Assembly (NCBI GenBank): GCA_024346625.1
Contig: AP024664.1
Span: 186,001 to 250,000, forward strand
Source of the DNA: Williopsis jadinii
Taxonomy: Eukaryota
Reading direction: 5' to 3'
DNA length: 64,000 nucleotides
Notes under the pieces: model-generated
The model's input: only the letters and a program-made list of their open reading frames with translations
What the model was told of the DNA's origin: nothing
Databases searched by the model: none
Part shown: piece after piece, positions 34,915 to 46,297 of the stretch
How the letters are laid out: the number at the start of each line of letters is the position of its first letter
Numbering within the stretch: the first letter of the stretch is position 1
Translations under genes and position numbers: made by a program

Positions 34915-37900
34915 TTACTCACTGTCCTCTTCTTCGCTCTCTTCACCTTGCTCAACGTCAATCTCGAGAGATATCTCTTTATCGGCATCCACATACGAGT
35001 CACACACACACCATACAGACAGACTGTGGTGTCCAGCACGTGGCATCGTCAGGGCCATCTTCACTTGCATCTCCGCCTTATCAATTGTGACTTTGTTAAT
35101 GGCATACAGCTCCTTTGTTTTGGAATCACCGATAACGAGCCACCAGTTTTCAGTTTTACGGAATGGGTAAAATGGTGAGAGCACCTCCAGATCCTCCGGC
35201 TCTTCATCTCTTGAGACATTGATAACAACCTGTTTTGGCTCATTAGAAACAATAGGTCCTTCAATTTCAGAGCACGATATCTCAACGTTAGGGTACTTGT
35301 TCACAAAATCAGCAACCTTGTTGAGATGTGGGCCACTGAGTCTTAGAATATCATCTCTTTCAGCATCTTCAATGGACATGATATCAAATACAGATGAGAC
35401 ATCGTATTTCGAAGCACGATCGATAACTGCCTCGTCAACAAATGGTATCTGTTTGAGGGGACTATCAGTATCCCAAACAGCTTGCACAACCATTTGGCAC
35501 AGATCCATAGCATATGTGGCATTGAGATAACCTTCACTCGATAACAGATCCACAGCAGTATAGAGAAGTGTTATGACTTTCTTCAGAACAAATTTTTGAT
35601 CAGTAACCAGATCGGGTGGAAGCATGAATCTGGAGAAGTGGGCCTGTAAAAGAATAAATGCCTTCAAATAAGGAGATTCAAAAGAAAGGTCTTGAGAGAA
35701 CTTGATAGGAATTTTGTCATATATCTTTTGCAAGAGAGAAGATTCATGTTTTCTAATAGGAAGTAAGTCAAACTCCGACGCTGATGTGATGATCTCCAAA
35801 ATGGATTTCAGTTTAGATTTCTTGGTCAAGGACAGAATAAACGTTTGCATGGTGACAAAGGAAATATTATAATATGCAGCGACAAGAGCACCGTCTAAAG
35901 GTGTAATCTCTTCCTCTTCTTCATCTTCTTCCTCATCTTCATTTTGATCTTCCAACTCGATCAGTTTAGCCTCGGAAAGTTCGTTTAATGTCTCTTCCAC
36001 TAATTCAGTCAAAAATGTGGAGAGACCAATTTGTGAGATATCCTTTACACCATAGAAACTTGGATTTGCTTGAAGTCTTCGATAGAGGTATGAGTATGTC
36101 AACCAATCAATACAATCTTGTCTCGACTTGATCAATCCTGTACTGATTTCATTGACGAATGCGTCGTGAAGAAAAACATTCAAGAAACTCTCCACAGGTA
36201 ACGATTCATTCAAGAACTTTTTGTAGTAGCCCTTCTTTGCATCATTAGTCAAAATCAGAACGTTGTCTTTATCTATACTCTCATCTTTTGAACAGCCAAT
36301 CATCTCCAAAATTTCATTGATTGGATAATCGATGTAGCGATGTTCCTTACCTTCATAGAACTGGGTACTTAAAACAGCAACAAAGTTTGCAGCTGGTGCG
36401 AAAGTTGCCGTCTCTCTAGTGGCAAACAAGACACCTAGTGCATTTCCTCTATGAAGCGTTTCAACGATTTTGCGGTCTGATGGAGTCATGTCTTTATAAT
36501 ACAGACCAATACCGATTTCCAGCAGATTCTTGAGAGTTTCATCTGTGATCTTCCTTAAAAGGGTTTGGATGTCACCCAATTCAGCGTTTAGAAAACGTAC
36601 CTCATCTTTCTCTGCTAATCTAGAAAATTCATAAGCAATGTCAACACATTGTTTACGTGTTGGAACGAAGATCAATGAAGATTTACCCACCATTTGCTTC
36701 ACCGCTTGATATGTTGGGTTTATCATAGCGAGAACCATAGACGGATTGTGATGAATCTCGAATGATTGCAAATGGATCTCAAGTGGATGACTTCTCTCTT
36801 GTGAAGAGAAGTTGTAGATTGCATCCTTTTGAGCACCAATCCATTCACCAAACTCGCGACCATTAGCCAAAGATGTACCAAGTGCAACTATTCTGAGCTC
36901 CTTTTCAAGCTGAGTTGAAATAAATCTCATTCTAGAAATGATGTTTTCATAGACACAACCTTCTGCACCGTTTCCAACACATTGCACGTCATCTGTAATA
37001 AGCAACTCGATTGTTTGAATATTTCTTCTCTGTTTCCAACGACGCGATATAACGTCGAACTGCTGAGGTGTTGCTAAGATCAAGTGACTCGAAGCAAGAA
37101 GCTTCAAGTTGGAGGTAAGCTCATTACCCAGTTTAGTAATGACTTTACCACCAGATATGGCTGAGAAGCGTGAAGTCCACTGTTTAAGAAGCATATCAAT
37201 CTTCTCTTGAGATGGAACAATGTACACAGCACGGCCTTTATTTTGTTTCCAGTGATTCAAAAGTGCCAATTCTGCAATCACAGTCTTTCCAGAGCCCTTG
37301 ACAGCACCAAAAAACACGGGATCATTCGAACTGTAAATGGTGTTGAAGGCTTGTGACTGGAATTTGTTGAAATATGGAAACTCGAAACAACCAATAAATT
37401 CGGGGATATTTAGGGCAGAGACAGGAACCGGTGAAAGATCAAGAAGAGCAGTTGGCGCAGGAAACTTCCTTGGAAGTTTTATCGTATTCAACATTATTGG
37501 AACTTTGTATTCGCAATGTAACCATCTTTCAGAGATCAATGTCACAAAGTAATTTGGTGGAACTGGAGTGGAAATTGGAATGGTGAAATCAAGTAGATGC
37601 TCTCTGTTGATATAGCTTCTCTTGACAAGAAAAGTATCGCTGAACAAGATCTTTTCACCGTTTGTATCTTCCACTAACAAAAGAAACTGTTCTGAACCAT
37701 GGTGAAGTCTTACATCCCATGTCCATTCTGGTAGGATATCAAGTTCCACCCTCAACAAACTTGGTGTGATTGTCTGAATGGAGCACTTCAATTGTACCTT
37801 AGGAAATTTACGAATCATATCAAGTGCATTCCTTGCAAGCCCCTCATCACGAATGGCCTGTGCCATTTCACTTGGATCAGTGAGGTTGAAGTACTCTGAC

Positions 37901-40900
37901 CAAGGTAAGTTTGAGCTTTCGGTGTTTTTAATGATCTTCTTTGGACAATCTGGGAATTGTCTAAATGGCGTATTTGATAACCACAGTCGTTTCTCAACCA
38001 TTTTACAAAGATCAAGAGCAACGGTGGTCAGTCCGGACCACTTTTTATGCAAAGCAATTTCATAAATAGCTCTCAAAAGACGTCCTGCAGATTGTGTAAT
38101 GTATACCATATCAGCGTTCAAAGCAAATCCTTCGAGAGATAACCTAGCAATATAAGATTGCAACAATACATTAGCCTTTGTTCTAGGATCATGAATATCT
38201 TCCTTGATGGGGATAGGTGCTCTCTCAACAAGTTTGGTAATTTCTGACTTCTCCTCTTGTCTGATAGGAATGAGCTTAAACTCAGAAGAAGACGAAAAAA
38301 TTCGAAAAACGTCGATGATAGTTGAGTATGATTTCAATTGTTTGTTATAGAACGACATCGAATCATAGCTGATATAGAAATGAGATGCAATTCTACCCAA
38401 TTCGGTGGATGTAACTTTGCCAGAGGTCTCATCATAAACAACGAGTCCATTTTGGTTTAAAATTTCAAGAGCAGAGTAGATCAAGTCCGTTCTTTTCCAT
38501 TCAAGAAGATGATCACCTTCATAGTCAGCACCCACTCTATACACAGCAGGTGACAAGAGCATTCTTACATAGAGATACGAGTACCCTAACCAATCAACAC
38601 CATCTTGTAAGGATGACACAGTTCCCAAAACAATTTCAGCGTTCAGGTTATCTGCAAGTTTGCTCATAAGTTGTGACTCAATTGGTAACTGTTGATTCAA
38701 AACAGCCAAATAGTATTGGATTTCAGATTGGGATGTGATGATAATACCTTCACCACTTTCATCATAACGTGGTCTACCGGCTCTACCTAGCATCTGTAAA
38801 ATATCCTGAGGAGAAAGTTGAGTCCAATCACCCTTTTCTGGAGCATAAATCTCTGTTCCCTTGATAATGACCGTATGTGCGGGTAAATTAACACCCCAAG
38901 CCAAGGTCGCAGTAGAGACCAATATTTGAGAGTAACCCTCTGCAAAAAGATCTTCAGCAGCCGATCTATCATCACGGGATAAACCTGCATGATGGATTGC
39001 AAATCCAGTGGGTAACAAATCTTTCAAGCCCTGATCTTTGATCTTTTCAGACTCTTGTTTCAAGATCTCGACACTTGCAGAGTCAGACTTCAAAAACAGA
39101 TGAAGTTTATCTTCTTCAAGAAGTTTGTCTCTCAACCATTTAGCAGTTCTAAAAGTATCCTTACGTGAATGAACAAATATAATAACCTGATACTTTCCGG
39201 CTGCTTCCAAGATCTTATCGTAACAAGCTTCATTCATCGCAACAGTTTTCTTGAACGAATTCTTCTCGGTGATACCGATGAATTGCTGAGCAAGTGGGCA
39301 TGGTCTATATGAAGCATCGAAGAAGAACAATCCCTTTTTGTCATCAACCCTCAAAAATCTGGCAACGTCTTTATAGTTGGGAAGAGTGGCTGAAAGACCC
39401 ACAAGTCTGACATTTCTTGAACTGTGTTCCTGGTTTCTTATTGTTCTAGCAACAATACTCTCCAACACTGGACCTCTTTCGTCGTGCAAGAGATGAATTT
39501 CATCAATGATTAACAATGAGACTAAATTGGTGTAGCTTGTATCAGAGTTCTTTCTTGTGATGACATCCCATTTTTCTGGGGTTGTAACCAAGATTTGGGT
39601 TTCGCTGATTTGTTGCTTTGTTAAGTTGTGGTCACCTGTCAACTCGTTCACAGTTACTCCAAACTGTTCCAATCTTCTGGAGAATTCACGAACTTGTTCT
39701 TGGACCAATGCCTTCAGTGGTGCAATATAGACAATTTTGAAATTGTTCAAGTCAAATGATCCATTGTTACGTCTGAAATTCTGTAATGTACGTAAGATAG
39801 TAAGCATAGCAACATTAGTCTTACCGGCACCTGTTGGTGCACAGAGCAGGATATTTTGATCATCTTCAAATGCAGTAGGGTACACTTCAGATTGAATTCT
39901 GTTGAGAGTTGAGGTTTCTCCCGATGGAAAAGCTTCTCTTGCCCATTCTGGAAGACTTGATATTGGTACAAGGTGGGCCTTTTCTTTTGGTGGAGCCGGC
40001 GCTGGAATATGTATTTCCTCATACTTAGGCTTAACACGCTTGAAAGAATTTTGTGGAAGGTTCACCTTGGTCATAGTCATGAGATGAGAGCCTTGGTCGA
40101 ATTTGAGATCATCCAGATTAACGATCTTTGGCTTTCTAACTTGTTCAACAGATGTGATTAAATCCACTTTTCTTTTCTTACGTTGTTGTTCTTCGCCACC
40201 ATTGCCGACTTCTTCGTCCTCTAGTAAATGCTTCAGTCCATCACGACTCATTTGGGAATATATAATTTCCCTTTCATCTTCATTAGCTCTAGAAAGTTTT
40301 GTTCCCCAGACAATGACCATTCTGTTGGTAATGAGATACTGTAACAAGTTTGGTTCATCTATAAGTGAGACGAGTTTTTGTTCAACCTCGTACGCCTGTA
40401 AGTTACTGTCCAAGAGTTCGAATATCTGTGCGGACTTCTCTTGAAGCGCCATAGGGTCAAGATTTGGTTGCCATTCTGATATCTTTCTCTTCAACAGAGA
40501 TGCATCGACATCCTTGATGGATAATACAGGTACGTCTGTAGTATCAGCAACATTTGTCTTAATCACATCATCAGAAGATTGTTCGTCAGTGGGATCCTGT
40601 ACAAAGTCATCTAATTTAGGTCCCGCAAAGTCATCATCACTGTCACTTTCGCTTGTACTTTGCGCGTCTGTCTCATCGTCTTCATCATCAATATTCACAG
40701 CAACACCTTCATCTACATCACCCTCCTGTGAACCATAGTCGGTGATCTTATCGGAGAGTTTCTTCAGCCGGGAGTACTGGTCATCGGTCAAGGTGATGTT
40801 GAGTGTGCCATTGATGCTCTTTTGCTTAGCTCTATCAGTGTCATTGTCGTCTTTCAAAATCTCCAGCACCAAGTCAGTGGCACTGAGCACCGTAGAATGT

Positions 40901-41301
40901 GCAACATCACCACCCAGGAGTGATGATATTTCTGACGTCAGATCGTCATAAACGTCTCTGTTGTCCTGCGCGGTCGGGTAGTACTTGAGGATATCAACAT
41001 CAGAATCAAGCAGAGTGCTATTCCCTACCCTCGAATTGCTCACAACAGCTTTAGACTTCAGCTTCTCCTTCTGTATGAGCTTCTCCATCACACTCTTGAC
41101 AACGTGCTTTGATGTAGAGTCCTCATCGTCCGCGTTGGCTCTTGAGCCCATGTCCTTCTTCGACAATTTACCCGCCATCGACGTTGGCGTCGACATCTCT
41201 GCATCTTTCATCGGATCAGACCGATTACTCAGTAGCTTCCGATCCTGTCTCAGCACCTGATTGGCCATCGCCTCATACTTGTACTTGTCGTTTTCCGACA
41301 T
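34915..41301 (-). CDS. BRR2: U5 snRNP DExD/H helicase (tandem Ski2-like cassettes plus Sec63 domains)
   Basis: CAPTGAGKT, DEIH, TLAWGVNLPAH, QMLGRAGRP, degenerate second cassette, CDSYVDADKE. ATG at 41301. Confidence 0.97.
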   Translation of the reverse strand: MSENDKYKYEAMANQVLRQDRKLLSNRSDPMKDAEMSTPTSMAGKLSKKDMGSRANADDEDSTSKHVVKSVMEKLIQKEKLKSKAVVSNSRVGNSTLLDSDVDILKYYPTAQDNRDVYDDLTSEISSLLGGDVAHSTVLSATDLVLEILKDDNDTDRAKQKSINGTLNITLTDDQYSRLKKLSDKITDYGSQEGDVDEGVAVNIDDEDDETDAQSTSESDSDDDFAGPKLDDFVQDPTDEQSSDDVIKTNVADTTDVPVLSIKDVDASLLKRKISEWQPNLDPMALQEKSAQIFELLDSNLQAYEVEQKLVSLIDEPNLLQYLITNRMVIVWGTKLSRANEDEREIIYSQMSRDGLKHLLEDEEVGNGGEEQQRKKRKVDLITSVEQVRKPKIVNLDDLKFDQGSHLMTMTKVNLPQNSFKRVKPKYEEIHIPAPAPPKEKAHLVPISSLPEWAREAFPSGETSTLNRIQSEVYPTAFEDDQNILLCAPTGAGKTNVAMLTILRTLQNFRRNNGSFDLNNFKIVYIAPLKALVQEQVREFSRRLEQFGVTVNELTGDHNLTKQQISETQILVTTPEKWDVITRKNSDTSYTNLVSLLIIDEIHLLHDERGPVLESIVARTIRNQEHSSRNVRLVGLSATLPNYKDVARFLRVDDKKGLFFFDASYRPCPLAQQFIGITEKNSFKKTVAMNEACYDKILEAAGKYQVIIFVHSRKDTFRTAKWLRDKLLEEDKLHLFLKSDSASVEILKQESEKIKDQGLKDLLPTGFAIHHAGLSRDDRSAAEDLFAEGYSQILVSTATLAWGVNLPAHTVIIKGTEIYAPEKGDWTQLSPQDILQMLGRAGRPRYDESGEGIIITSQSEIQYYLAVLNQQLPIESQLMSKLADNLNAEIVLGTVSSLQDGVDWLGYSYLYVRMLLSPAVYRVGADYEGDHLLEWKRTDLIYSALEILNQNGLVVYDETSGKVTSTELGRIASHFYISYDSMSFYNKQLKSYSTIIDVFRIFSSSSEFKLIPIRQEEKSEITKLVERAPIPIKEDIHDPRTKANVLLQSYIARLSLEGFALNADMVYITQSAGRLLRAIYEIALHKKWSGLTTVALDLCKMVEKRLWLSNTPFRQFPDCPKKIIKNTESSNLPWSEYFNLTDPSEMAQAIRDEGLARNALDMIRKFPKVQLKCSIQTITPSLLRVELDILPEWTWDVRLHHGSEQFLLLVEDTNGEKILFSDTFLVKRSYINREHLLDFTIPISTPVPPNYFVTLISERWLHCEYKVPIMLNTIKLPRKFPAPTALLDLSPVPVSALNIPEFIGCFEFPYFNKFQSQAFNTIYSSNDPVFFGAVKGSGKTVIAELALLNHWKQNKGRAVYIVPSQEKIDMLLKQWTSRFSAISGGKVITKLGNELTSNLKLLASSHLILATPQQFDVISRRWKQRRNIQTIELLITDDVQCVGNGAEGCVYENIISRMRFISTQLEKELRIVALGTSLANGREFGEWIGAQKDAIYNFSSQERSHPLEIHLQSFEIHHNPSMVLAMINPTYQAVKQMVGKSSLIFVPTRKQCVDIAYEFSRLAEKDEVRFLNAELGDIQTLLRKITDETLKNLLEIGIGLYYKDMTPSDRKIVETLHRGNALGVLFATRETATFAPAANFVAVLSTQFYEGKEHRYIDYPINEILEMIGCSKDESIDKDNVLILTNDAKKGYYKKFLNESLPVESFLNVFLHDAFVNEISTGLIKSRQDCIDWLTYSYLYRRLQANPSFYGVKDISQIGLSTFLTELVEETLNELSEAKLIELEDQNEDEEEDEEEEEITPLDGALVAAYYNISFVTMQTFILSLTKKSKLKSILEIITSASEFDLLPIRKHESSLLQKIYDKIPIKFSQDLSFESPYLKAFILLQAHFSRFMLPPDLVTDQKFVLKKVITLLYTAVDLLSSEGYLNATYAMDLCQMVVQAVWDTDSPLKQIPFVDEAVIDRASKYDVSSVFDIMSIEDAERDDILRLSGPHLNKVADFVNKYPNVEISCSEIEGPIVSNEPKQVVINVSRDEEPEDLEVLSPFYPFRKTENWWLVIGDSKTKELYAINKVTIDKAEMQVKMALTMPRAGHHSLSVWCVCDSYVDADKEISLEIDVEQGEESEEEDSE

Positions 41302-41568
41302 TGTTTGTTCCCTTATCAACAGCGTCCTCTCAACCGCCCTGGACGCTAAATTCTACAACTTCAACAGGTTAAAGAAAAAGGTAAACAAACGCCTGTGGGC
41401 CACAAAGAAAGAAGACAAAAAAAATTGTGGTGATAAACCCAGACACCAGGCTCTTCGTCGCGAAAATTGCCGCATTGGGAACAAAGGTATAAACTCATCG
41501 GCTTTTCCCACTGTGCACAATTTTTCTCTCTCTTTCGAGCTGTTTCCACCATCAATAGCTGAATCTGT

Positions 41569-43116
41569 ATGCTGATCCGGTTGTCCAAGCGTATCATGTC
41601 CACGGGTTCATTCAATGTGCTGGCTCCAAAGATCACGCTTTCCCCTGTGGAATCCAAGATCACTGCTCTTCTGAAGGACTATACATCGTACTATAACTCG
41701 ACCCATAATCCTCAAACACCTCTGGAGTTGCGAATCACTGGTGGATGGGTGCGTGATAAGTTATTGGGGAAGCAGTCGCACGATTTGGATATCGCCATCA
41801 ATATCTTGTCTGGACAGACATTTGCTGAGCAGCTGCACGACTACTTGAGAAGCCACCCGGAATATGGTGTTGAAACTGGTGGAATCCACACCATTGAGAA
41901 GAACCCTGAAAAGTCCAAGCACCTTGAGACTGCAACTACGAAGCTCTATGGGCTGGACATTGACTTTGTTAACCTCAGAAGTGAAGAGTATACTGAAGAC
42001 AGTCGAATTCCGGTGGTTCAATTCGGCACGCCGGAACAGGATGCGCTGAGACGAGATGCCACGTTGAACGCACTGTTCTACAACGTACAACATGATGAGG
42101 TTGAGGATCTCACACAGAGAGGTCTTGTTGATCTTCGAGACGGTGTGCTGAGAACACCACTGGACCCACAGAAGACGTTCTTGGATGACCCATTGCGTGT
42201 GTTGAGGCTCATCAGGTTTGCTAGCAGATTTGGGTTCACGCTGGATGATGAAACGTACGCCGCAATGAAGGATCACAAGGTCAAGCAGGCACTCCTAGAT
42301 AAGATCTCAAAGGAAAGAGTGGGCGTGGAAGTTGCCAAAATATTAGAGAGCGATGCACCAAGAGGACTCGAACTTCTATGCGGTGCTGATCTGGTGAAGT
42401 ATGTGTTCAATTTTGGCAGTCTTTCAAAAGACGTTGCAATTATGAACGATTCGGAACTCCTCAACAAGTTTGAATCGGTTATCAATGAAGAGACTCTATT
42501 CCGTATCCTCAAGATCAACGAGCTGAACAAAAATCTCGGTGTAAATGTGCTGCCGGACGTGCTATCAGACCTCACTCTGAAGAGGCTGTTCTGGGCAGGT
42601 GTTGTCGTTCAGACGTGGGATAGTACGAAGATTATTTTCAATAAGAAGGGAAAGGTGACCTACGCCGTCGACGCTATTCTCAGAGAAGGTGTAAAGTTCT
42701 CCAAAAATGATGCTGATATTATCACCAAGGTTATAACCTCCTTAGAAGAGTTTGAGGCCATTGTTCTGGGACTGGAAGGGTTCAAGAGATCACAAATTGG
42801 TACACTGCTGAGACAATATGGTGACAAGTATGAGTTTGCTCTTGTCTACAACTTCTGGAGCTCAGTTCTCACCTCCAATGACACCCAAACCCTTGTTCAT
42901 CAATACCAGAGGTTCAACCAGTTCGTTAAGGATGAGAAGCTGGATCAAGCCTACAGATTGAAGCCATTGATTGATGGTAAGTCCCTCTGTAAAAGATTCG
43001 AACGCAAGCCAGGTCCATGGATGTCTGGAATAATGGACAAGATCTTGTTGTGGCAGTTGGACAACCCTGACAAGTCCGTTGAAGAGTGTTTCCACTACGT
43101 TGAAGGGATTCTATGA
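41569..43116 (+). CDS. CCA1: tRNA nucleotidyltransferase (CCA-adding enzyme)
   Basis: LRITGGWVRDKLLG..SHDLDIA, NPEKSKHLETA, RRDATLNALFYN, DDPLRVLRLIRFASR. Confidence 0.96.
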   Translation: MLIRLSKRIMSTGSFNVLAPKITLSPVESKITALLKDYTSYYNSTHNPQTPLELRITGGWVRDKLLGKQSHDLDIAINILSGQTFAEQLHDYLRSHPEYGVETGGIHTIEKNPEKSKHLETATTKLYGLDIDFVNLRSEEYTEDSRIPVVQFGTPEQDALRRDATLNALFYNVQHDEVEDLTQRGLVDLRDGVLRTPLDPQKTFLDDPLRVLRLIRFASRFGFTLDDETYAAMKDHKVKQALLDKISKERVGVEVAKILESDAPRGLELLCGADLVKYVFNFGSLSKDVAIMNDSELLNKFESVINEETLFRILKINELNKNLGVNVLPDVLSDLTLKRLFWAGVVVQTWDSTKIIFNKKGKVTYAVDAILREGVKFSKNDADIITKVITSLEEFEAIVLGLEGFKRSQIGTLLRQYGDKYEFALVYNFWSSVLTSNDTQTLVHQYQRFNQFVKDEKLDQAYRLKPLIDGKSLCKRFERKPGPWMSGIMDKILLWQLDNPDKSVEECFHYVEGIL

Positions 43117-43182
43117 GAAACCTGTATAATAAAATAACCGCAAGGAATATACATGTTTATAATATGTACTCTGAAGTGGGGT

Positions 43183-44337
43183 TCAAGTATGTTCCTCCGA
43201 GAATGCTTTAAAATCAAAGAATTCGTCAAAATCGTTATATATTGCTGTGTTGATATTGTGCGTGCTGGTGTTAGCACTGTCGTTAGTGTTGTTAGCGTTG
43301 TTACGGCTGTTATGCTGGTTTGTTATTGTATTTGGAGACGAGGCCACCAAGTCTGGTCCAAAAATGGTGCTCGTGTCATCATTGCCATAATCGTCCATAC
43401 CCAGTGGTGGGCCTAGAACACTTATGCTCTTCTGTTGTCTCTGATGCAGAGGTCTTCTAGAAGGTGTCCTTGAAGTGTCGTCGAAGAAAGATCCCATAAA
43501 GTCCATTGTCGGTCTGGACTCAACAGGCGTGGACTGTCTCATCGAGGTTGGCGTAGTTATGGAGCTGTGGGTCTTTATAGGCGTGGTCCTAGCTCTCTGG
43601 ATGCTCGAGAGCGAGGTGATGCTTTGATTCCTGCTCAGCTGTCCCCTTGCCATTCCCCCGTTCACGGAGCTGATCGAGGTCGCAGTGTTTGCCCTTTTCC
43701 TTCTCGACACAGCCCTTCCAAATGCTCTGGTTGCATCCTCTTCCTCTTCCAGTTCGTTTTCAGAAGAGTATAGAGATTCGACGTTTCTCTTGGGAGATGG
43801 TGATCTGTGCGATAGTGAGAAGAGGTCTGTCTGGGAGCTTGACGCAGACGACGAGTGTTGCAACACTGCCCTTCCGTCTGATGACACCGTCATGACCAAC
43901 GGTGTCAATGGTCTCTTCATTGGCGACGGTGGGCCGTTGAGATCACAGCTCTGCGTTCTCAACAGCCCAGGCTTGCCCTGTACCGGCACATGGCGAGTGC
44001 TGGTGTCGACATGTGGCACCGTCTGCACCTGCGTATTCTTATCAGAGCTGAGCCTGAACAGCCTGGACAGGCCTTGTCTCTTTGAAGCCTTCTTGGAGTC
44101 CTTCTTGGGCGACATATCAACAAACACGTACTCCTGTGGTTGTGTCTGCTGGCTTATGACCTGCTGTACCATGGTGGTGCTTGACACGCTGAGTTCGCCA
44201 TGGAGCTGTGCCGTTTCCACAGATTCGTCCACGAACCCTTCATTGGCTCGAGGAAACCTCTTCAATTGCCACACCTTGTGGCTGCCAGCGCCCCTGGCGC
44301 CCTCTGTTCTCATCTCCTCCTTCGACAGTAACCCCAT
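43183..44337 (-). CDS. BCK2: Ser/Thr-rich protein, probable Bck2 ortholog
   Basis: Motifs EYVFVD, KKASKRQGLSRLF and EEDATRAFGRAVSRRKRANT resemble recalled S. cerevisiae Bck2 segments (EMVFVN; KKSSKRRMLKIF; NDASIAFSKMFTRKRANT). Convergent with CCA1 as in S. cerevisiae (YER167W/YER168C). First ATG at 44337. Confidence 0.65.
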   Translation of the reverse strand: MGLLSKEEMRTEGARGAGSHKVWQLKRFPRANEGFVDESVETAQLHGELSVSSTTMVQQVISQQTQPQEYVFVDMSPKKDSKKASKRQGLSRLFRLSSDKNTQVQTVPHVDTSTRHVPVQGKPGLLRTQSCDLNGPPSPMKRPLTPLVMTVSSDGRAVLQHSSSASSSQTDLFSLSHRSPSPKRNVESLYSSENELEEEEDATRAFGRAVSRRKRANTATSISSVNGGMARGQLSRNQSITSLSSIQRARTTPIKTHSSITTPTSMRQSTPVESRPTMDFMGSFFDDTSRTPSRRPLHQRQQKSISVLGPPLGMDDYGNDDTSTIFGPDLVASSPNTITNQHNSRNNANNTNDSANTSTHNINTAIYNDFDEFFDFKAFSEEHT

Positions 44338-45373
44338 CCTATATATGTCTCGCTCTGTAGCACTACAGCTCTCCTCAGAAACAGTGCAACAACACACTAG
44401 ACAACCCTGAAAAGGCGTTAACCAACCTCAATTGGGTGCTATGCCTCTGTTTATATCAAAACAAGTGGTTGGAAACAGCTCCTCCCTCTAGAATGCCAGC
44501 CAATTAATCACACGTACACCCACACAGAGCGTAGATCAATTAGTATCACCGGTATAAACTCTCGGAAAAATCTCTCCCCGGGCCCGCTGCCAACAGCAAA
44601 AAAAAATATTTCAGCTCAGTCCAACCAGGAATGTCTGCCTATGTTTTTACCCCTAAGCTGGCGAAGATCTGGCGAGAGCCTGGACTCGGTATGCCACTAT
44701 CAATTGGCCTGTGGATGATTAGCACCTCTTGTTAAAGTGCTGGTGTGATGCCTCCTGTTGGACAGACGTTGAAGGCCTTAGAGAGGAGGAGGATGGAGGG
44801 AAAATTTTTTTCCAGTTAGGGCATTTTGCCTTCACTTATACACTCCCCCTACCACAGATCGAAGTTACAGAGCTTTAGCACAAGATCCCTTTTGTTGATG
44901 TGGTTATCGAAACTGTCACTGTGGAGACACACTTCAGCAGGCCAGGTGCTACGGGCAAAAGACAAGTCCAAAGCTGTTTATGAATTGCATGTTGCACGCA
45001 CTCGTACATGAAGATTGCCATTTGGGGCTTTCCCACAGTTCGATGCGGCTCAACCAGAGTTAGGGTTATAGGGGAGTTATTCCAGCTTCGCTGGCCACGA
45101 GGAGCCGGGTGGAGGGTGGAGAGGTGTGCCGGACGGTATGTAGTCGTGCTAATAACTGTAGTATGCCATGATTCGTTGGTGTGCTGAGCAGTGCTCAGCA
45201 CCCCTCCAAGACTAGCCCGAGATCTATTTGTGGGACCAACTTGGCCGATGAGCCCTAGGTGGCCGCGACGGCGACGTACATGTCTGCCGCGAGACGATCC
45301 AGTTATCAGACGATGGTCTTGTGTGTGAGATACGTGGTCAGCGCCGGGTGCGCAGACCAGGTGTGGACTACGA

Positions 45374-45433
45374 GTGGCCACCAGGGCGGTGGCCATCAGG
45401 GCAGTGGCCATCAGGGCAGTGGTCATCAGGGCG
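45374..45433 (+). repeat. Minisatellite, 4 x 15 bp (GTGGYCAYCAGGGCR)
   Basis: Units start at 45374, 45389, 45404 and 45419. Confidence 0.9.
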
Positions 45434-46116
45434 CAGAGGCTAGCACTGGCGTATCGATGCGATACGCACACAGCCAGAGCAGCTCCACCGTATGCCTGTA
45501 ACAGCTAGCTTCCACTCACCGTGATGGGCCAATTGGCAGCTTCCACAACCGTTCGCACGCCATGCGGAGGCGGAGGGCTTCGCAAGTTATCAGTACGAAC
45601 GGTATATACATCTGTCGAGGCCAAGGGCTACGGAGTCGGAACGGTGCATGCGGCTTAACCTCTCTCCTTCGGTCTCTCTCGATATGCACACAGCTTGTGA
45701 AGCGTGGACTTACCATGGGACCACCACCCGGTCCAGCGCCCGTGTTGGGCCAGGATCGACGCTCGAGCTGGCCTTGGGATGCTCGACAACTGTGTGTGCC
45801 TCATTTACTCAGATCTGGCAGCGTAAGCTTCTCAGCATTCCATCTCGTATTACACCACACCGAGAAGCTCTACAGTCAATGGGCTTCCACCATCTTGGGC
45901 ACCAGAAATCACCACGCCTTGGCTGAAAATAGTGCCAAACCTGTACACGGTAGTTTGTAGGACGCTGCTGCTTGCTCTGTTGTACATCACGGTGCATCCC
46001 ATGCCCACGGGTTTCCACCCCCAAGCCCTAGAACGGTGGGTTAATATGGCCACGATGACCGATATCTTAGCACGGGCAATTGCCGGGGTGTCCGGGTGAA
46101 TGTGGGCTCGGTGGTG

Positions 46117-46213
46117 GTCACGTGACAGGATACCCTCGGAATAGCGGTCACGTGGTCTATGACTCACCAGTCACGTGTAGGGCTTACGTAAGCAGTCACA
46201 TTGGACGTGACTC
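46117..46213. promoter_or_regulatory. TRP4 promoter: Gcn4 and Cbf1-type sites
   Basis: GTCACGTG at 46117, 46147, 46170; TGACTCA at 46160; TGACTC at 46208; TTACGTAA at 46184. Confidence 0.65.
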
Positions 46214-46297
46214 TAATCGAAAGATTATATACAGACAATCACTCCTCCAATTATGGCCCCAAGCGACGGGAATCATCCTTCATCAACCACTGCAACA

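Noticed and set aside
43685..44410. 241-aa plus-strand ORF and other antisense ORFs over real genes
   Set aside because: Shadow ORFs opposite well-supported coding sequences.
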